Positions 48,728-59,508 of a stretch of 64,000 nt of DNA are shown here, piece after piece. The notes under the pieces were generated by a model, which saw only the letters and a program-made list of their open reading frames with translations, searched no databases and was not told the DNA's origin. The stretch lies in NCBI GenBank assembly GCA_017462965.1, contig JAFTQC010000032.1, positions 138,026 through 202,025 on the forward strand. Reading direction: 5' to 3'. Positions within the stretch are counted from its first letter, which is position 1, and each line of letters begins with the position of its first letter. Source of the DNA: Clostridia bacterium. Lineage in GTDB: Bacteria; Bacillota; Clostridia; TANB77; UBA1234. A program made the translations under genes and the position numbers.

Positions 48728-49960
48728 TTATTTCGTACCTTTCTTTTTAGGAATCGTGAGACGGAGTGGGTAGCGGTAGGTTACGCCTTGAGTGGGATGA
48801 ACTGCGAAGAGTTTCTGGATGGGATAGTTGGCGGTGACGAGACCTTTCATGGAGTAGAGACTGCCACCAGGCCAGCAACCGTTGACGAATTTTTCAGTGG
48901 TGACGCCAGAAAGTTCGGAAGGCACGTGGAAATGTCCGAGTTCAAGGTAATTGTAGCTGAGTCCCATGAGTTCCAAAAGTTCGCGATAGTTCTTAGCAGC
49001 GCGGTCGATACCGTAGTAGGGAATGCCCTGCCAAGAGCGAATATCGTCGCCGTGGAACATCAGGAAATTGAAACCGTAAATCTTGTCGATTTGCCACCAG
49101 GACTTAGTGATTTGCCAGGTGATGCGGTCATAGTTCTTGAGTTCAGACTGCATCCACTTGTATACGATGTAGTCCCAGCTGACGTAGTGCAAGTTTTCAC
49201 CCTTGCTACCGATACGGCCGTGGTTACCGGGAACCGCAACAACGTGGATTTTGTCAAACAGGTGAAGTGCCTTAAGCAAGAAGTCACAAAGCAAATCTTT
49301 GACGCCGATTGCTTGTTCGGTGATTTCGCGGTCGATTTGACGAGTCTGACCTTTGAAGATGTCATATCCCTCAACAATGTCACCAATAAGATGAACATGC
49401 AGCGAAGAGATAGGAGCAACTTGCTTGTGACGAGTGACGATTTCTTCAAGTCCTTTGTAAAGCTGGACAAACTGCTTCTCAAGGATTTCCCAGTTGTATT
49501 CATTGAGACCACCACTTGCTTCGTCGGAGATATAGGTACCAGCCTGAATATCCGAAATCATAAGCACGATGGTTTCTTCAGAGTAGTTGCGGTCGACGTT
49601 AACCTTGAAGGGTTTGATGTCGCGCAAAGGACGATCCTTGATGATATCTTTGATAGAGTCGACGATCATGTCAGTGACAGCAATCTTGGTAAGCAGCTTT
49701 TTGTCGCGTCTTGCGACTTCAGAAGAAATGATGCTGGTACGACGTTCAGAAACTTCATCCTCGAAAGTCTTGGGCGGCGGAGGGTACTCTTCACGCAAAA
49801 AACGTTTTACAGTCCGCGCAGAAGATTCCTTGCCTTTAAAGTTCGGTCCATATTGTTCGTAAACTTTAGAAATGATTTCCTCTTCAGTATGTCCCTCTTC
49901 ATGGAGAATACGTGCAAACTCTCTCCAGGTAATAGTAGGTTCTACCTTCTGATTTCTCAT
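48728..49960 (-). CDS. Calcineurin-like metallophosphoesterase (GDxxE, GNHG, GHxH motifs) with a ~135-aa N-terminal extension. High GC.
   Basis: HLIGDIVEG, VAVPGNHG, MFHGDD and LGHFHVP motifs. RBS gaaggagg. The antisense ORF 48788-50026 is a shadow. Confidence 0.6.
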   Translation of the reverse strand: MRNQKVEPTITWREFARILHEEGHTEEEIISKVYEQYGPNFKGKESSARTVKRFLREEYPPPPKTFEDEVSERRTSIISSEVARRDKKLLTKIAVTDMIVDSIKDIIKDRPLRDIKPFKVNVDRNYSEETIVLMISDIQAGTYISDEASGGLNEYNWEILEKQFVQLYKGLEEIVTRHKQVAPISSLHVHLIGDIVEGYDIFKGQTRQIDREITEQAIGVKDLLCDFLLKALHLFDKIHVVAVPGNHGRIGSKGENLHYVSWDYIVYKWMQSELKNYDRITWQITKSWWQIDKIYGFNFLMFHGDDIRSWQGIPYYGIDRAAKNYRELLELMGLSYNYLELGHFHVPSELSGVTTEKFVNGCWPGGSLYSMKGLVTANYPIQKLFAVHPTQGVTYRYPLRLTIPKKKGTK

Positions 49961-50127
49961 GGTGAATTCCTCCTTCAGAAAACACTGTCGGTTAGGTTAA
50001 AAATAATTCCTTCAACAAAACGATAGCATACCCAAAAAATGAAGTCAAATTACATTCTTGTTACAAAGTATATATTATGATAGTATTTTTATGAGAAAAC
50101 AAAAACTTTTACGAAAGGAGAAATAAA

Positions 50128-53100
50128 GTGAAGTTAATTTTAGGAAGAGCAGGTTTCGGAAAAAGTTATTATTGCATGAATGAAATTAAAGAGTCTTTAG
50201 AAAACGAACACGAAGGCTCCATTATATATATAGTTCCTGAGCAATTCTCATTAACTGCAGAATATGATATTTCTGAAGTTATTGGAAGAGGTGGAATATT
50301 AGAAGTACAGGTATTATCTTTTAAACGTTTGTGTCACAGAATATATAACGAGTTCGGATACAAGAGTGCATCTATATCAAAATCTGCAAAAGCGATGCTT
50401 GTATATTCAGTAATGAAAGATTTAGAAAAAGAACTTATCTTACTTAAAGGAGTGGATAAAAAACTAGGACTCGTTACAACAGTCAGTGATTATATTTCCG
50501 AATTCAAAAGATATAATGTTACACCAGAGATGCTACTAAATGTTAATACAAAAAATGAGAGACTAACCAATAAACTAAAAGAGCTTGCATATATATATGC
50601 TGAATATGAGAAACGTATAGAAGGACGTTTTATAGATAGTGATGATGATTTAAGAATCGTAATGAATTATCTTGAAAAGTCAAAACTTGTAGCAGGTGCT
50701 AAAATCTGGATTGACGGTTTTGATGGATTTACACCGCAAGAGCTTGAAGTTATAAAAGTATTAAATAAATGTGCCGATGTTACAATTGCAATTTCATATG
50801 ATGATAATAATAGTGAATTGTTTTTGCTTAATCAAAGGACAATATCTAAATTAAAAAGATTTGCAAATATTGAGGAAGTTTATTTGGAAGAGCCAAAGAG
50901 GTTCATGAACAATGAGCTTATTCATTTGGAAAAAAACTTTAATACCTTCCCACCAGAAAAATCTTTAGATAATACAAAGCATATCGATATATCTGTAATG
51001 CCTAATCTTCATATGGAAGTTGAGAGAATTGCGTGTGATATTTTAAAAAAGGTTAGAGATGAAGGGTATAGATATGACAATATAATGATTGCATCTAGAA
51101 ATATTGAAAATTATGAGTCTATTTTTAAAATGATATTTGAGCGCTATAATATTCCATATTTTATAGACGTAAAGACAGAATTATCGATACAGCCGCTAAT
51201 AAGTTTAGTGTTATCGCTTTTAGATATTAGTAGTCGTAATTTTCAAACAGAACATATACTTACATACTTGAAAACGGGATTATCTAATATCGATGATATT
51301 AATGATATAGATAAGCTTGAGAATTATGTTTTGAAATATGGAATAAAAGGAAATAGATGGACCGAAGAGTGGAAATATGATACTGATGAAATCAACGAAA
51401 AAATAAATGCTATAAGAACGAAAGTTATCACACCTATAGCTAACTTCAAAGAAAAGCTAGCTGGTAAAAAGACAGTTGCTGATTTGTCTAAGTCAATATA
51501 TGAATTTTTGATTGAGATAAATGTAGAGAGTAATATACAAAGGTTATTAGATAAGATTAAAGAAAATGATGATGTTACAAGTGGAGAAACTATGCTTGCT
51601 AATGCACAAATTCAAGTATGGAACATTTTCGTAAAATTACTTGATGAACTCGTTGATGTGATGGGTGATGAAAGAGTTTCTTTTGATAAGTTCCAATCAA
51701 TTATAAAAGAAGGAGTATTGACGCAGCAGATTGGTTTGATTCCGACAAGTAAGGATGAAGTTATAGTAGGAGATATTGCTCGTTCGAGGAATTCACATAT
51801 AAGTATTTTGTATATAGTTGGTGTTAATGATGGGTTGTTTCCAATGCAATATACTAATGAGGGATTTATTAATGATAGTGAAAGAAACTTATTATTAGAA
51901 AACGATTTAGAAATTGCTAAAGATACGAAAATGTTGCTTCTAGAGGAAAACTTTAATATATATAAAACACTTACTGTTCCCAAAAAAGAACTTCACATTT
52001 CGTATCCAATAACCGATGAAGAGGGGACAACACTTCGTCCCTCTTCAGTAATCAACGAAATAAAGAATATCTTTCCTAATGTAAAAGAAAATAATTATTT
52101 GAATATGGAGTTATCGTGGGACGACTTAATAAACACGAAAAAGTCTACATTTGTTCATTTAGCATATGAAGCTCGTAAAGAGAAAGAGAATGTGAATATA
52201 GACGATAGATGGAAGGTTACGTATAAATGGTTTGAGAAGTATAATCCTGAATTTATTTCGCTTATAAGTGCGGGGCTAAATTTTGATAATAATGTTAGTC
52301 GTCTAAATAGGGCTACGGCAAGTTCTTTATATGGTACAACAATGAAATCAAGCGTTTCGAAAATGGAAACATATGCGTCGTGTCCGTTTAAGTTTTATCT
52401 GCAATATGGTCTTAATGTAAAGGAACGAAAAACATATAAATTAGAAACTCCCGATGTCGGTATTTTTATGCATGATATATTAGATAAGTTTTCTAGATAT
52501 TTAGAAGCGCACAATATAAAATGGCGTGAAATTGAAAGGGATGATTTGGAAGCTATTGCATCACAAATAGTTGATACTACACTTACCGAACGTAAATATA
52601 ATATCTTTACAAGTAATAATAGACTTAAATTCTTGAGTGTAAAGTTAAAACGTATCGTAAAGAGGGTTTTATGGATAATAACTCTTCATATAAAGAACAG
52701 TGAATTTGATATTGCTGGCAGTGAGGTGACATTCGGCGAAAACGAAAAATATCCTCCACTTGAAATAAGTCTCGACGAAGGCAACAAACTCGTTTTAAAC
52801 GGCAAAATAGACCGAATGGACATAGCTAAAACTGAAGAAGGAAAATATATCCGTATAATTGATTATAAATCCTCTTCAAAAGCAATCGAATTATCTAAAG
52901 TGTATTACGGTCTTCAGTTACAGCTAGTCACATATCTAGATGTAGTAACGGCCGATGACTTAATACCAGGCGGAGCACTATATCTTAAACTTGATGATCC
53001 AATAGTTCGTTCTAAAAAGAAATTAACACCTGAAGAGGTCGAAGAAGAAATTCGTGAAAAATTAAAAATGAACGGAATTATACTTTCTGATGTTAGACTT

Positions 53101-53430
53101 GTGAAAGCTATGGATACAGAGATGGGAAAAGAATCAAAAAATCTGAATCTTTCAGTAAAAAAGGATGGTACATATTCACGTATGCCTACTGCAACAGAAG
53201 AAGAACTTAGAAGGTTATGTAAGCATACCAAAAACATACTAAAAAAATTTGCAGATGAAATACTATCAGGTAATGTAGAGATAAAACCATCTAGATTAAA
53301 GAAAGAAACACCATGTGACTATTGTGACTATAAAGCTATATGTAATTTTGATAAAGAACTAGGTAATAGATTTAAAGTAATAAATACCATGAAAGATGAA
53401 GAAGTATTTGAGCAGACAAAGTTGTTTTAG
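50128..53430 (+). CDS. addB: ATP-dependent helicase/deoxyribonuclease subunit B (AddB/RexB) with a C-terminal Fe-S nuclease domain.
   Basis: N-terminal GRAGFGKS and C-terminal C..CDYCDYKAIC cysteines. Confidence 0.85.
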   Translation: MKLILGRAGFGKSYYCMNEIKESLENEHEGSIIYIVPEQFSLTAEYDISEVIGRGGILEVQVLSFKRLCHRIYNEFGYKSASISKSAKAMLVYSVMKDLEKELILLKGVDKKLGLVTTVSDYISEFKRYNVTPEMLLNVNTKNERLTNKLKELAYIYAEYEKRIEGRFIDSDDDLRIVMNYLEKSKLVAGAKIWIDGFDGFTPQELEVIKVLNKCADVTIAISYDDNNSELFLLNQRTISKLKRFANIEEVYLEEPKRFMNNELIHLEKNFNTFPPEKSLDNTKHIDISVMPNLHMEVERIACDILKKVRDEGYRYDNIMIASRNIENYESIFKMIFERYNIPYFIDVKTELSIQPLISLVLSLLDISSRNFQTEHILTYLKTGLSNIDDINDIDKLENYVLKYGIKGNRWTEEWKYDTDEINEKINAIRTKVITPIANFKEKLAGKKTVADLSKSIYEFLIEINVESNIQRLLDKIKENDDVTSGETMLANAQIQVWNIFVKLLDELVDVMGDERVSFDKFQSIIKEGVLTQQIGLIPTSKDEVIVGDIARSRNSHISILYIVGVNDGLFPMQYTNEGFINDSERNLLLENDLEIAKDTKMLLLEENFNIYKTLTVPKKELHISYPITDEEGTTLRPSSVINEIKNIFPNVKENNYLNMELSWDDLINTKKSTFVHLAYEARKEKENVNIDDRWKVTYKWFEKYNPEFISLISAGLNFDNNVSRLNRATASSLYGTTMKSSVSKMETYASCPFKFYLQYGLNVKERKTYKLETPDVGIFMHDILDKFSRYLEAHNIKWREIERDDLEAIASQIVDTTLTERKYNIFTSNNRLKFLSVKLKRIVKRVLWIITLHIKNSEFDIAGSEVTFGENEKYPPLEISLDEGNKLVLNGKIDRMDIAKTEEGKYIRIIDYKSSSKAIELSKVYYGLQLQLVTYLDVVTADDLIPGGALYLKLDDPIVRSKKKLTPEEVEEEIREKLKMNGIILSDVRLVKAMDTEMGKESKNLNLSVKKDGTYSRMPTATEEELRRLCKHTKNILKKFADEILSGNVEIKPSRLKKETPCDYCDYKAICNFDKELGNRFKVINTMKDEEVFEQTKLF

Positions 53431-53461
53431 AAAAAATGGACAAAGGAGGAGCTATAGTGAA

Positions 53462-56400
53462 ATGGGAGATGTTAAGTGGACCAATGAGCAACAAAATGCA
53501 ATAGACATACGTAATTCAAAGACACTTGTTGCCGCTGGTGCGGGTAGTGGTAAGACAGCAGTGCTAGTTGAAAGAATTATAAGAAAAATAATTGATGATG
53601 GCGTTGATATAGATAAAATGCTTATTGTTACATTTACTAATGCGGCTGCGAGTGAGATGAAGGAGCGTATACGTAGTAGATTGTATGATGAGGTTAATAA
53701 GAATCATTCACTTCAAAAGCAAATATTATATTTAAATAGATCAAGTATAATGACTATTGATGCATTTTGTAAAAAAGCTATAAAAGACTATTTTTATAAA
53801 TTAGATATAGATCCTAATTTTAAAATTGTTGATTCGACGGAAGGGGAGTTATTAAGACTCGAAGCGATTGATGAAGTTTTAGAGGAACTTTATGAATCAA
53901 AAGATGAGGAAATCCTAGATGTGCTTGATGCATATTCAAGTAATAAATCAGATGAAGGTTTAATTAATTTAATATTATCGATTCATAGATTTATACAAAG
54001 TTGTCCAAATCCGCTTGAGTGGTTAGAGGAAAAGACAAACATGTATAATGTAGAGGATAGCGATTTTTCAAACACTATATGGGGAAAGAAGATAATAAGA
54101 TACGCTAGAAATTTGATTGAAGAATGTGTTGAAGAGTTTAAGATGATGGAAGAGGAACTAATAGATGATCCAGACGCTAAGAATTACTTATTGGTTATAC
54201 AAGATGATATTTTAAAACTTGAAGCTGTCAGAAAGAACATGCATACATGGGATGATTATTATAATGCTATTAGGTATCTTGAATTTGGAAGATTAAAAGT
54301 TGCACCAAAGATGGATGAAGACATGAAGAAAGCTGTGCAAGAACTTAGAAAAAAGGCAAAAGCTTTAATAATTGATTACTTAAGAGATAAAGTATTCATA
54401 TCCTCTTCAAATGAGATTTTAGATGATTTAAAGAATGCATATGCACATGCTAGAGGTATTAAAGAAATTATTTGTTTGTTTGATGAACGTTTTAAAAAGA
54501 AGAAAAATGATAAAAACTTATTAGATTTTGCGGACATCGAACATTTGTGCTTACAATTATTTGAGAATAATAAAGACGTATTAGAAGACTATAAGAATAA
54601 ATATGAGGAGATTTTAATAGATGAGTATCAAGATAGTAATCTAATACAAGAAACAATATTAAATAAGATTTCTAATGGTAATGTGTTTATGGTTGGAGAT
54701 GTTAAGCAAAGTATATATAAGTTTAGGCAAGCAAGACCAGAGCTATTCTTAGAAAAGTATAGTACATATGCCAAGTATACTGGAAATGCAGATGACCATT
54801 TCCTGGAAAATAAGATTTTGTTGTTTAAAAACTTCAGAAGTAACGAGAATATAATTGACGAAGTAAACTTCATATTTAAAAATATCATGTTTAAGGATAC
54901 TGGTGAAATTGAATACACTGAAGAGGAATATTTAAAATATGGTGCTACTTATTATGAGTATGATGGAGAGCCTGCAGAACTTCATTTAATTGAAAAGAAA
55001 AATGAAGAGGAACAAGATGAAGATACATCTTCAATAATAGAAGATGACATAGAAGAGAAGCTTCAACTTGAAGCTAGGGTTGTAGCAAAACGTATTAAAG
55101 AATTAGTTGGTAATTTTGAAGTATTCGATAAACATACTAGGCAAAAACGAAAAGCTAGATATTCAGATATTGTAATTTTATTAAGAGCAACTAAAAACTC
55201 ATCTGCTACTTTTGTAGAAGAATTATCTAAAAAAGATATACCTGTATATGCGGATTCAAAAAGTGGTTATTTTGACAATACAGAAGTACAAATCTTTTTA
55301 TCTCTTCTTAAGATAATAGATAATCCATATCAAGACATACCTCTTCTTGCAGTTCTTAGATCTCCTATAGGTAATTTTGATGTTAATGAATTAACAAAGA
55401 TAAGACTATATGATAGAAAAAGTCCTTTTTATGATGCAATGATTATTGCAGCTTCACAAGGTGATGTAAAAGTAAAAGCTTTTATTGATAAATTAAGTGA
55501 ATGGAGAGAGAAGTCTAGATATTTAGTTATTAATGAACTAATATCATATCTATATGATGATACAGGATATTACTATTATGTGTCATTGTTACCACATGGA
55601 GATACTCGTCAAAATAATTTGAAAGTATTACTAAAAAAAGCTACTGATTTTGAAAAATCTAGTTTTAAAGGTTTATATAATTTCCTAACTTTTATAGATA
55701 ATGTGACACTAAGTTCTGGAGATTTTGATTCTCCAAGCGAACTTTCTGAAAATGATGATGTTGTTAGAATAATGAGTATTCATAAAAGTAAAGGTTTAGA
55801 GTTTCCTATAGTTATTCTTTCTGGTACAAGCAAAAAGTTTAATAATAAAGATATGCGAAATCCTATAATTTGTCATCAGGATTTAGGTTTTGGATTTGAT
55901 ATTGTTGATCCTAAATTAAGAATAACCTATGAGAGTATTCCTAAGCTTGCTCTTAAACTTCAAGCAGAACAAGAAATGCTTGCCGAAGAGATGAGAATTT
56001 TGTATGTTGCAATGACTAGAGCAAAAGAAAAGCTTATAATAACTGCTCTTCATGATAATGTTGAAAAGAAAATGATGGAGTGGGAAAGTCCTCTAAGTAA
56101 ATATAAAATATCTTCTGCAAAGTGTTATTCTGATTGGATATCTAACGCTGTATTGTCTACTAAAAATAATTGGACGGTAAGGCCTTGGCAGTATAGTGAA
56201 TTATTAGATAATAAAGATAGTGAAGAGGGAAGTATTAATGATAATCTGGAAAAATCTAATAAAACATTTAATATAAGCGACAACAATGAATTTGAAATAA
56301 TTGATAAGCGTTTTAATTGGAAATATCCATATATACTTTCTACAAAAATTCCATCAAAACTTTCAGTGAGTGAACTTAAGAGACTACATAATATTGAGGA

Positions 56401-56953
56401 TGTTACAAGTATTCAAAAAGTAAAAGAGATAGAAACGCCTAAATTTATAGAGGAAGTTACATATAAAGGTGCAACATATGGTTCTCTACTACATAATAAA
56501 ATGGAGCATTTAGATTTTAGCTTAGCAACAGAACAATTAAGTAATTTATTGCATGACGTTGAAGATAAAAAAACAAAGAGTAGGCTAGAGGCAGATATTA
56601 CTAAGTTTATGCAAAGTGATTTGTATAAAGATTTAATGAATAGTAAACGAATTTATAGAGAAATTCCTTTTAATTTATCAGTTTCTGCTAAGAATGTATT
56701 TAAATTTGAAAATGATTCAAATGATGATGAAATAATGGTTCAAGGTATAATTGATTTATATTATGAAAATGAAGAGGGACTTGTATTAGTAGACTATAAA
56801 AGTGATAGATTACATAATGCAAACGATTTCATAAACAGATATAAAAAACAATTAGAATATTATAAAATGGCGCTAGAGACAATTACACATAAAAAGGTTA
56901 CAAATGCATTTATTTACTCGTTTGAAATGGAAAAGACAATTAAAGTTTTTTAA
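53462..56953 (+). CDS. addA: ATP-dependent helicase/nuclease subunit A (AddA): UvrD-like helicase plus a RecB nuclease domain.
   Basis: AGAGSGKT Walker A. The ATG at 53462 follows the RBS aaggagg and overlaps the addB 3' end. Confidence 0.85.
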   Translation: MGDVKWTNEQQNAIDIRNSKTLVAAGAGSGKTAVLVERIIRKIIDDGVDIDKMLIVTFTNAAASEMKERIRSRLYDEVNKNHSLQKQILYLNRSSIMTIDAFCKKAIKDYFYKLDIDPNFKIVDSTEGELLRLEAIDEVLEELYESKDEEILDVLDAYSSNKSDEGLINLILSIHRFIQSCPNPLEWLEEKTNMYNVEDSDFSNTIWGKKIIRYARNLIEECVEEFKMMEEELIDDPDAKNYLLVIQDDILKLEAVRKNMHTWDDYYNAIRYLEFGRLKVAPKMDEDMKKAVQELRKKAKALIIDYLRDKVFISSSNEILDDLKNAYAHARGIKEIICLFDERFKKKKNDKNLLDFADIEHLCLQLFENNKDVLEDYKNKYEEILIDEYQDSNLIQETILNKISNGNVFMVGDVKQSIYKFRQARPELFLEKYSTYAKYTGNADDHFLENKILLFKNFRSNENIIDEVNFIFKNIMFKDTGEIEYTEEEYLKYGATYYEYDGEPAELHLIEKKNEEEQDEDTSSIIEDDIEEKLQLEARVVAKRIKELVGNFEVFDKHTRQKRKARYSDIVILLRATKNSSATFVEELSKKDIPVYADSKSGYFDNTEVQIFLSLLKIIDNPYQDIPLLAVLRSPIGNFDVNELTKIRLYDRKSPFYDAMIIAASQGDVKVKAFIDKLSEWREKSRYLVINELISYLYDDTGYYYYVSLLPHGDTRQNNLKVLLKKATDFEKSSFKGLYNFLTFIDNVTLSSGDFDSPSELSENDDVVRIMSIHKSKGLEFPIVILSGTSKKFNNKDMRNPIICHQDLGFGFDIVDPKLRITYESIPKLALKLQAEQEMLAEEMRILYVAMTRAKEKLIITALHDNVEKKMMEWESPLSKYKISSAKCYSDWISNAVLSTKNNWTVRPWQYSELLDNKDSEEGSINDNLEKSNKTFNISDNNEFEIIDKRFNWKYPYILSTKIPSKLSVSELKRLHNIEDVTSIQKVKEIETPKFIEEVTYKGATYGSLLHNKMEHLDFSLATEQLSNLLHDVEDKKTKSRLEADITKFMQSDLYKDLMNSKRIYREIPFNLSVSAKNVFKFENDSNDDEIMVQGIIDLYYENEEGLVLVDYKSDRLHNANDFINRYKKQLEYYKMALETITHKKVTNAFIYSFEMEKTIKVF

Positions 56954-56962
56954 CCAAAAAGT

Positions 56963-56991
56963 TTGATATTTAAAATATGTTGTAATATAAT
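56963..56991 (+). promoter_or_regulatory. Promoter TTGATA-17-TATAAT for mreB.
   Basis: Hexamers and spacing counted directly. Confidence 0.45.
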
Positions 56992-57072
56992 CGTAACAGA
57001 AAAGTAATGACCGTGTAAATTATATAAAATATGCAAAAAATTAAGTAATAAAAGAAAGTGAGTGATGCTGAT

Positions 57073-58095
57073 ATGTTCGGTTTTGGTCAATCCATAGGTA
57101 TAGATTTAGGAACAGCTACTGTTTTAGTGCATGTAAAAGGTAAAGGGATTGTACTCAGAGAACCATCAGTTGTTGCTATAGATAGAAATACAGGAGAAGC
57201 AGTTTCTGTTGGTGAAGAAGCCAGAAGAATGCTTGGTAGAACTCCTGGAAACATTGTTGCAATAAGACCTCTTAAAGATGGAGTAATTTCAGATTATTCA
57301 GTAACAGAAAAAATGCTTAAATACTTTATAAGAAAGGTATGTGGTAAATTTGTTATGGCGCCTACAATAATGGTTTGCGTTCCATCTGGGGTTACAGAAG
57401 TTGAGAAAAAAGCTGTTATTGATGCTTCAATGCAAGCTGGTGCTAAAAAAGTTTATTTAATAGAAGAGCCGATTGCTGCAGCTATTGGTGCTGGAATTGA
57501 CATAAGTAAAGCTTGTGGTAGTATGGTTGTTGACATGGGTGGTGGAACTACAGACATTGCAGTTATTTCCCTTGGTGGCGCCGTTGTAAGCACATCAATA
57601 AAAGTTGCAGGTAACAAATTTGATGAATACATAATCAAGTACATAAAGAAAAAATATAATGTAATTCTGGGAGATAGAACAGCTGAAGAAATTAAAATCA
57701 ACATTGGCTGTGTTTTCCCTAGAATGCAAAAGCTTGAGATGGACGTAAGAGGTAGACATCTTGGAACAGGTCTTCCGGTTAATTTAACTGTTAATTCAGA
57801 TGATATTTTAGAAGCTCTTCAAGAACCTGCTATGCAAATACTTGAAGCTGTTATGTCTGTTTTAGAAAGAACTCCACCAGAGTTATCTGCAGATATAAGT
57901 GATCGTGGTATTTACATGACCGGTGGTGGCTGTCTAATTTATGGGCTAGACAAATTAATCCAAAAACGTACAGGTATAAACGTTATGATTGCTGAAGAAT
58001 CTGTATCTTGTGTTGCACTTGGTACAGGTAAAGCGTTAGACAATGAAGATATGCTACAAAAACTAGATGCAAGAAGAAAAATACCTAAATATTAA
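57073..58095 (+). CDS. mreB: Rod shape-determining actin homolog MreB/Mbl.
   Basis: IGIDLGTA..EPSVVAI..LGRTPGNI.AIRP.KDGVI.D. Confidence 0.9.
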   Translation: MFGFGQSIGIDLGTATVLVHVKGKGIVLREPSVVAIDRNTGEAVSVGEEARRMLGRTPGNIVAIRPLKDGVISDYSVTEKMLKYFIRKVCGKFVMAPTIMVCVPSGVTEVEKKAVIDASMQAGAKKVYLIEEPIAAAIGAGIDISKACGSMVVDMGGGTTDIAVISLGGAVVSTSIKVAGNKFDEYIIKYIKKKYNVILGDRTAEEIKINIGCVFPRMQKLEMDVRGRHLGTGLPVNLTVNSDDILEALQEPAMQILEAVMSVLERTPPELSADISDRGIYMTGGGCLIYGLDKLIQKRTGINVMIAEESVSCVALGTGKALDNEDMLQKLDARRKIPKY

Positions 58096-58147
58096 TTTAA
58101 TATATTATCCAAAGAGGATTCTAATTTTTCGTTAGATTCCTCTTTTT

Positions 58148-58885
58148 TTATATTCTGTCTATAAATACCGTTAAATTGTTTGGGTCGTGCGAAGTTCTAA
58201 ATTTTATCGGATAATCGAAAGAATTTTTAAATTTAAAATCTAAATTACTTTGAAGGCTGACTGTAGCATCTTGATTTTTAGGCACATATGCAACTGGACT
58301 GCTGTGATGATGATGCTCTGTTATTTCTAAATCTAAGGCATTTACTGCATTATAGAGAGTTGAAGAAAGTTGGCAGACTCCACCACCATAGCCTTTATCT
58401 TCTTCACCATTACTTAAAAGTATAGTTGCTTCTAAAAATCCATCATCTTTGCCATATGGTCCGCATACATTATTAAAAGAAAACTCTTCTCCTGGTTCTA
58501 ACACATAATTATTTAATCTATCTGCAACGATTTTAATATTATTATATCTATTGTCATCATCAGTTAAAATTTCAGTAGAATAGGTAGATAATAAAGATAT
58601 ATTTGCATTTTCATCAAATTGAGTATCTTCTACAATTTCTACTTTAGAATCGACACTCGTAGATTCGTTTGAATTTAGATTATCACTAGCTATATTATCG
58701 GTATCTTCTGGACGTAATCTTTCTTTATCCAAATTTAATCTATCTACATCATATGAAGAATAATCTTGTGCATTATTTCTTAAGCCAACTATATTATCGT
58801 TCTCTTTATTTTCACAGCCAACTAATAAAAATGTCAAAATAGCAAAAATATATATACATAAAAATTTCATAAAAAAGCACCTCAA
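58148..58885 (-). CDS. VanW-domain lipoprotein.
   Basis: Lipobox LLVGC and the GGGVCQLSSTLYNA VanW motif. Confidence 0.7.
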   Translation of the reverse strand: MRCFFMKFLCIYIFAILTFLLVGCENKENDNIVGLRNNAQDYSSYDVDRLNLDKERLRPEDTDNIASDNLNSNESTSVDSKVEIVEDTQFDENANISLLSTYSTEILTDDDNRYNNIKIVADRLNNYVLEPGEEFSFNNVCGPYGKDDGFLEATILLSNGEEDKGYGGGVCQLSSTLYNAVNALDLEITEHHHHSSPVAYVPKNQDATVSLQSNLDFKFKNSFDYPIKFRTSHDPNNLTVFIDRI

Positions 58886-58961
58886 TTATATATTAACCAT
58901 TATGAAGATGGAATAAAATGGAATATAATGGAAATTTAAAATATAAAATTAAACAAACTAC

Positions 58962-59339
58962 TTGTTAAATTATGTAATCTGGATTATAATGTATGTTGTA
59001 AAATCTCTAATAGGGAGGAGAGAACACGTGAAGAAATATATATCAAAGAATTGGCAAAAAATATTAAGAATCGGCGGATACATATGCTTAGGATTAATAA
59101 TTTTCTTAAAATTAAATGCTGAAAAAACAGTATTAAAAGATTACATAAAATATGGTAAAGAAGTAACACCTACTAAAGGAAGCGGAATATTATCTGGTGT
59201 TAAAGATAATTTTGTTACAACTTTTACAAGTGTTGATTCTCAACTTGTAAAGTTTGCAATTATTTTCATAGCGGCAATTACAATAGTTGTTTTCTTTACT
59301 TCTTTGTTAGATAGAAAAAAGGATACAAAGAAAAAATAA
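58962..59339 (+). CDS. Hypothetical small membrane protein.
   Basis: Two TM segments and a K-rich tail. Confidence 0.4.
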   Translation: MLNYVIWIIMYVVKSLIGRREHVKKYISKNWQKILRIGGYICLGLIIFLKLNAEKTVLKDYIKYGKEVTPTKGSGILSGVKDNFVTTFTSVDSQLVKFAIIFIAAITIVVFFTSLLDRKKDTKKK

Positions 59340-59508
59340 ATATAAATATAAATTTTAAATCTCTTGTTTTATAAAAACAAGGGATTTTTTTGCTTTATTA
59401 TAATCATAATATTATTGACTAATTCTTATATAAGCAATATAATTTTGTTAGTAACAAAATATTAATAACACCATTGAGTTATAATAAAATAAGAAAGGAT
59501 GATGTCCT

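Noticed and set aside
48728-49960. SbcD (Mre11) next to addBA, as in the B. subtilis addBA-sbcDC operon.
   Set aside because: The gene is on the opposite strand and upstream of addB, has a 135-aa N-terminal extension and foreign GC, and no SbcC partner is present.
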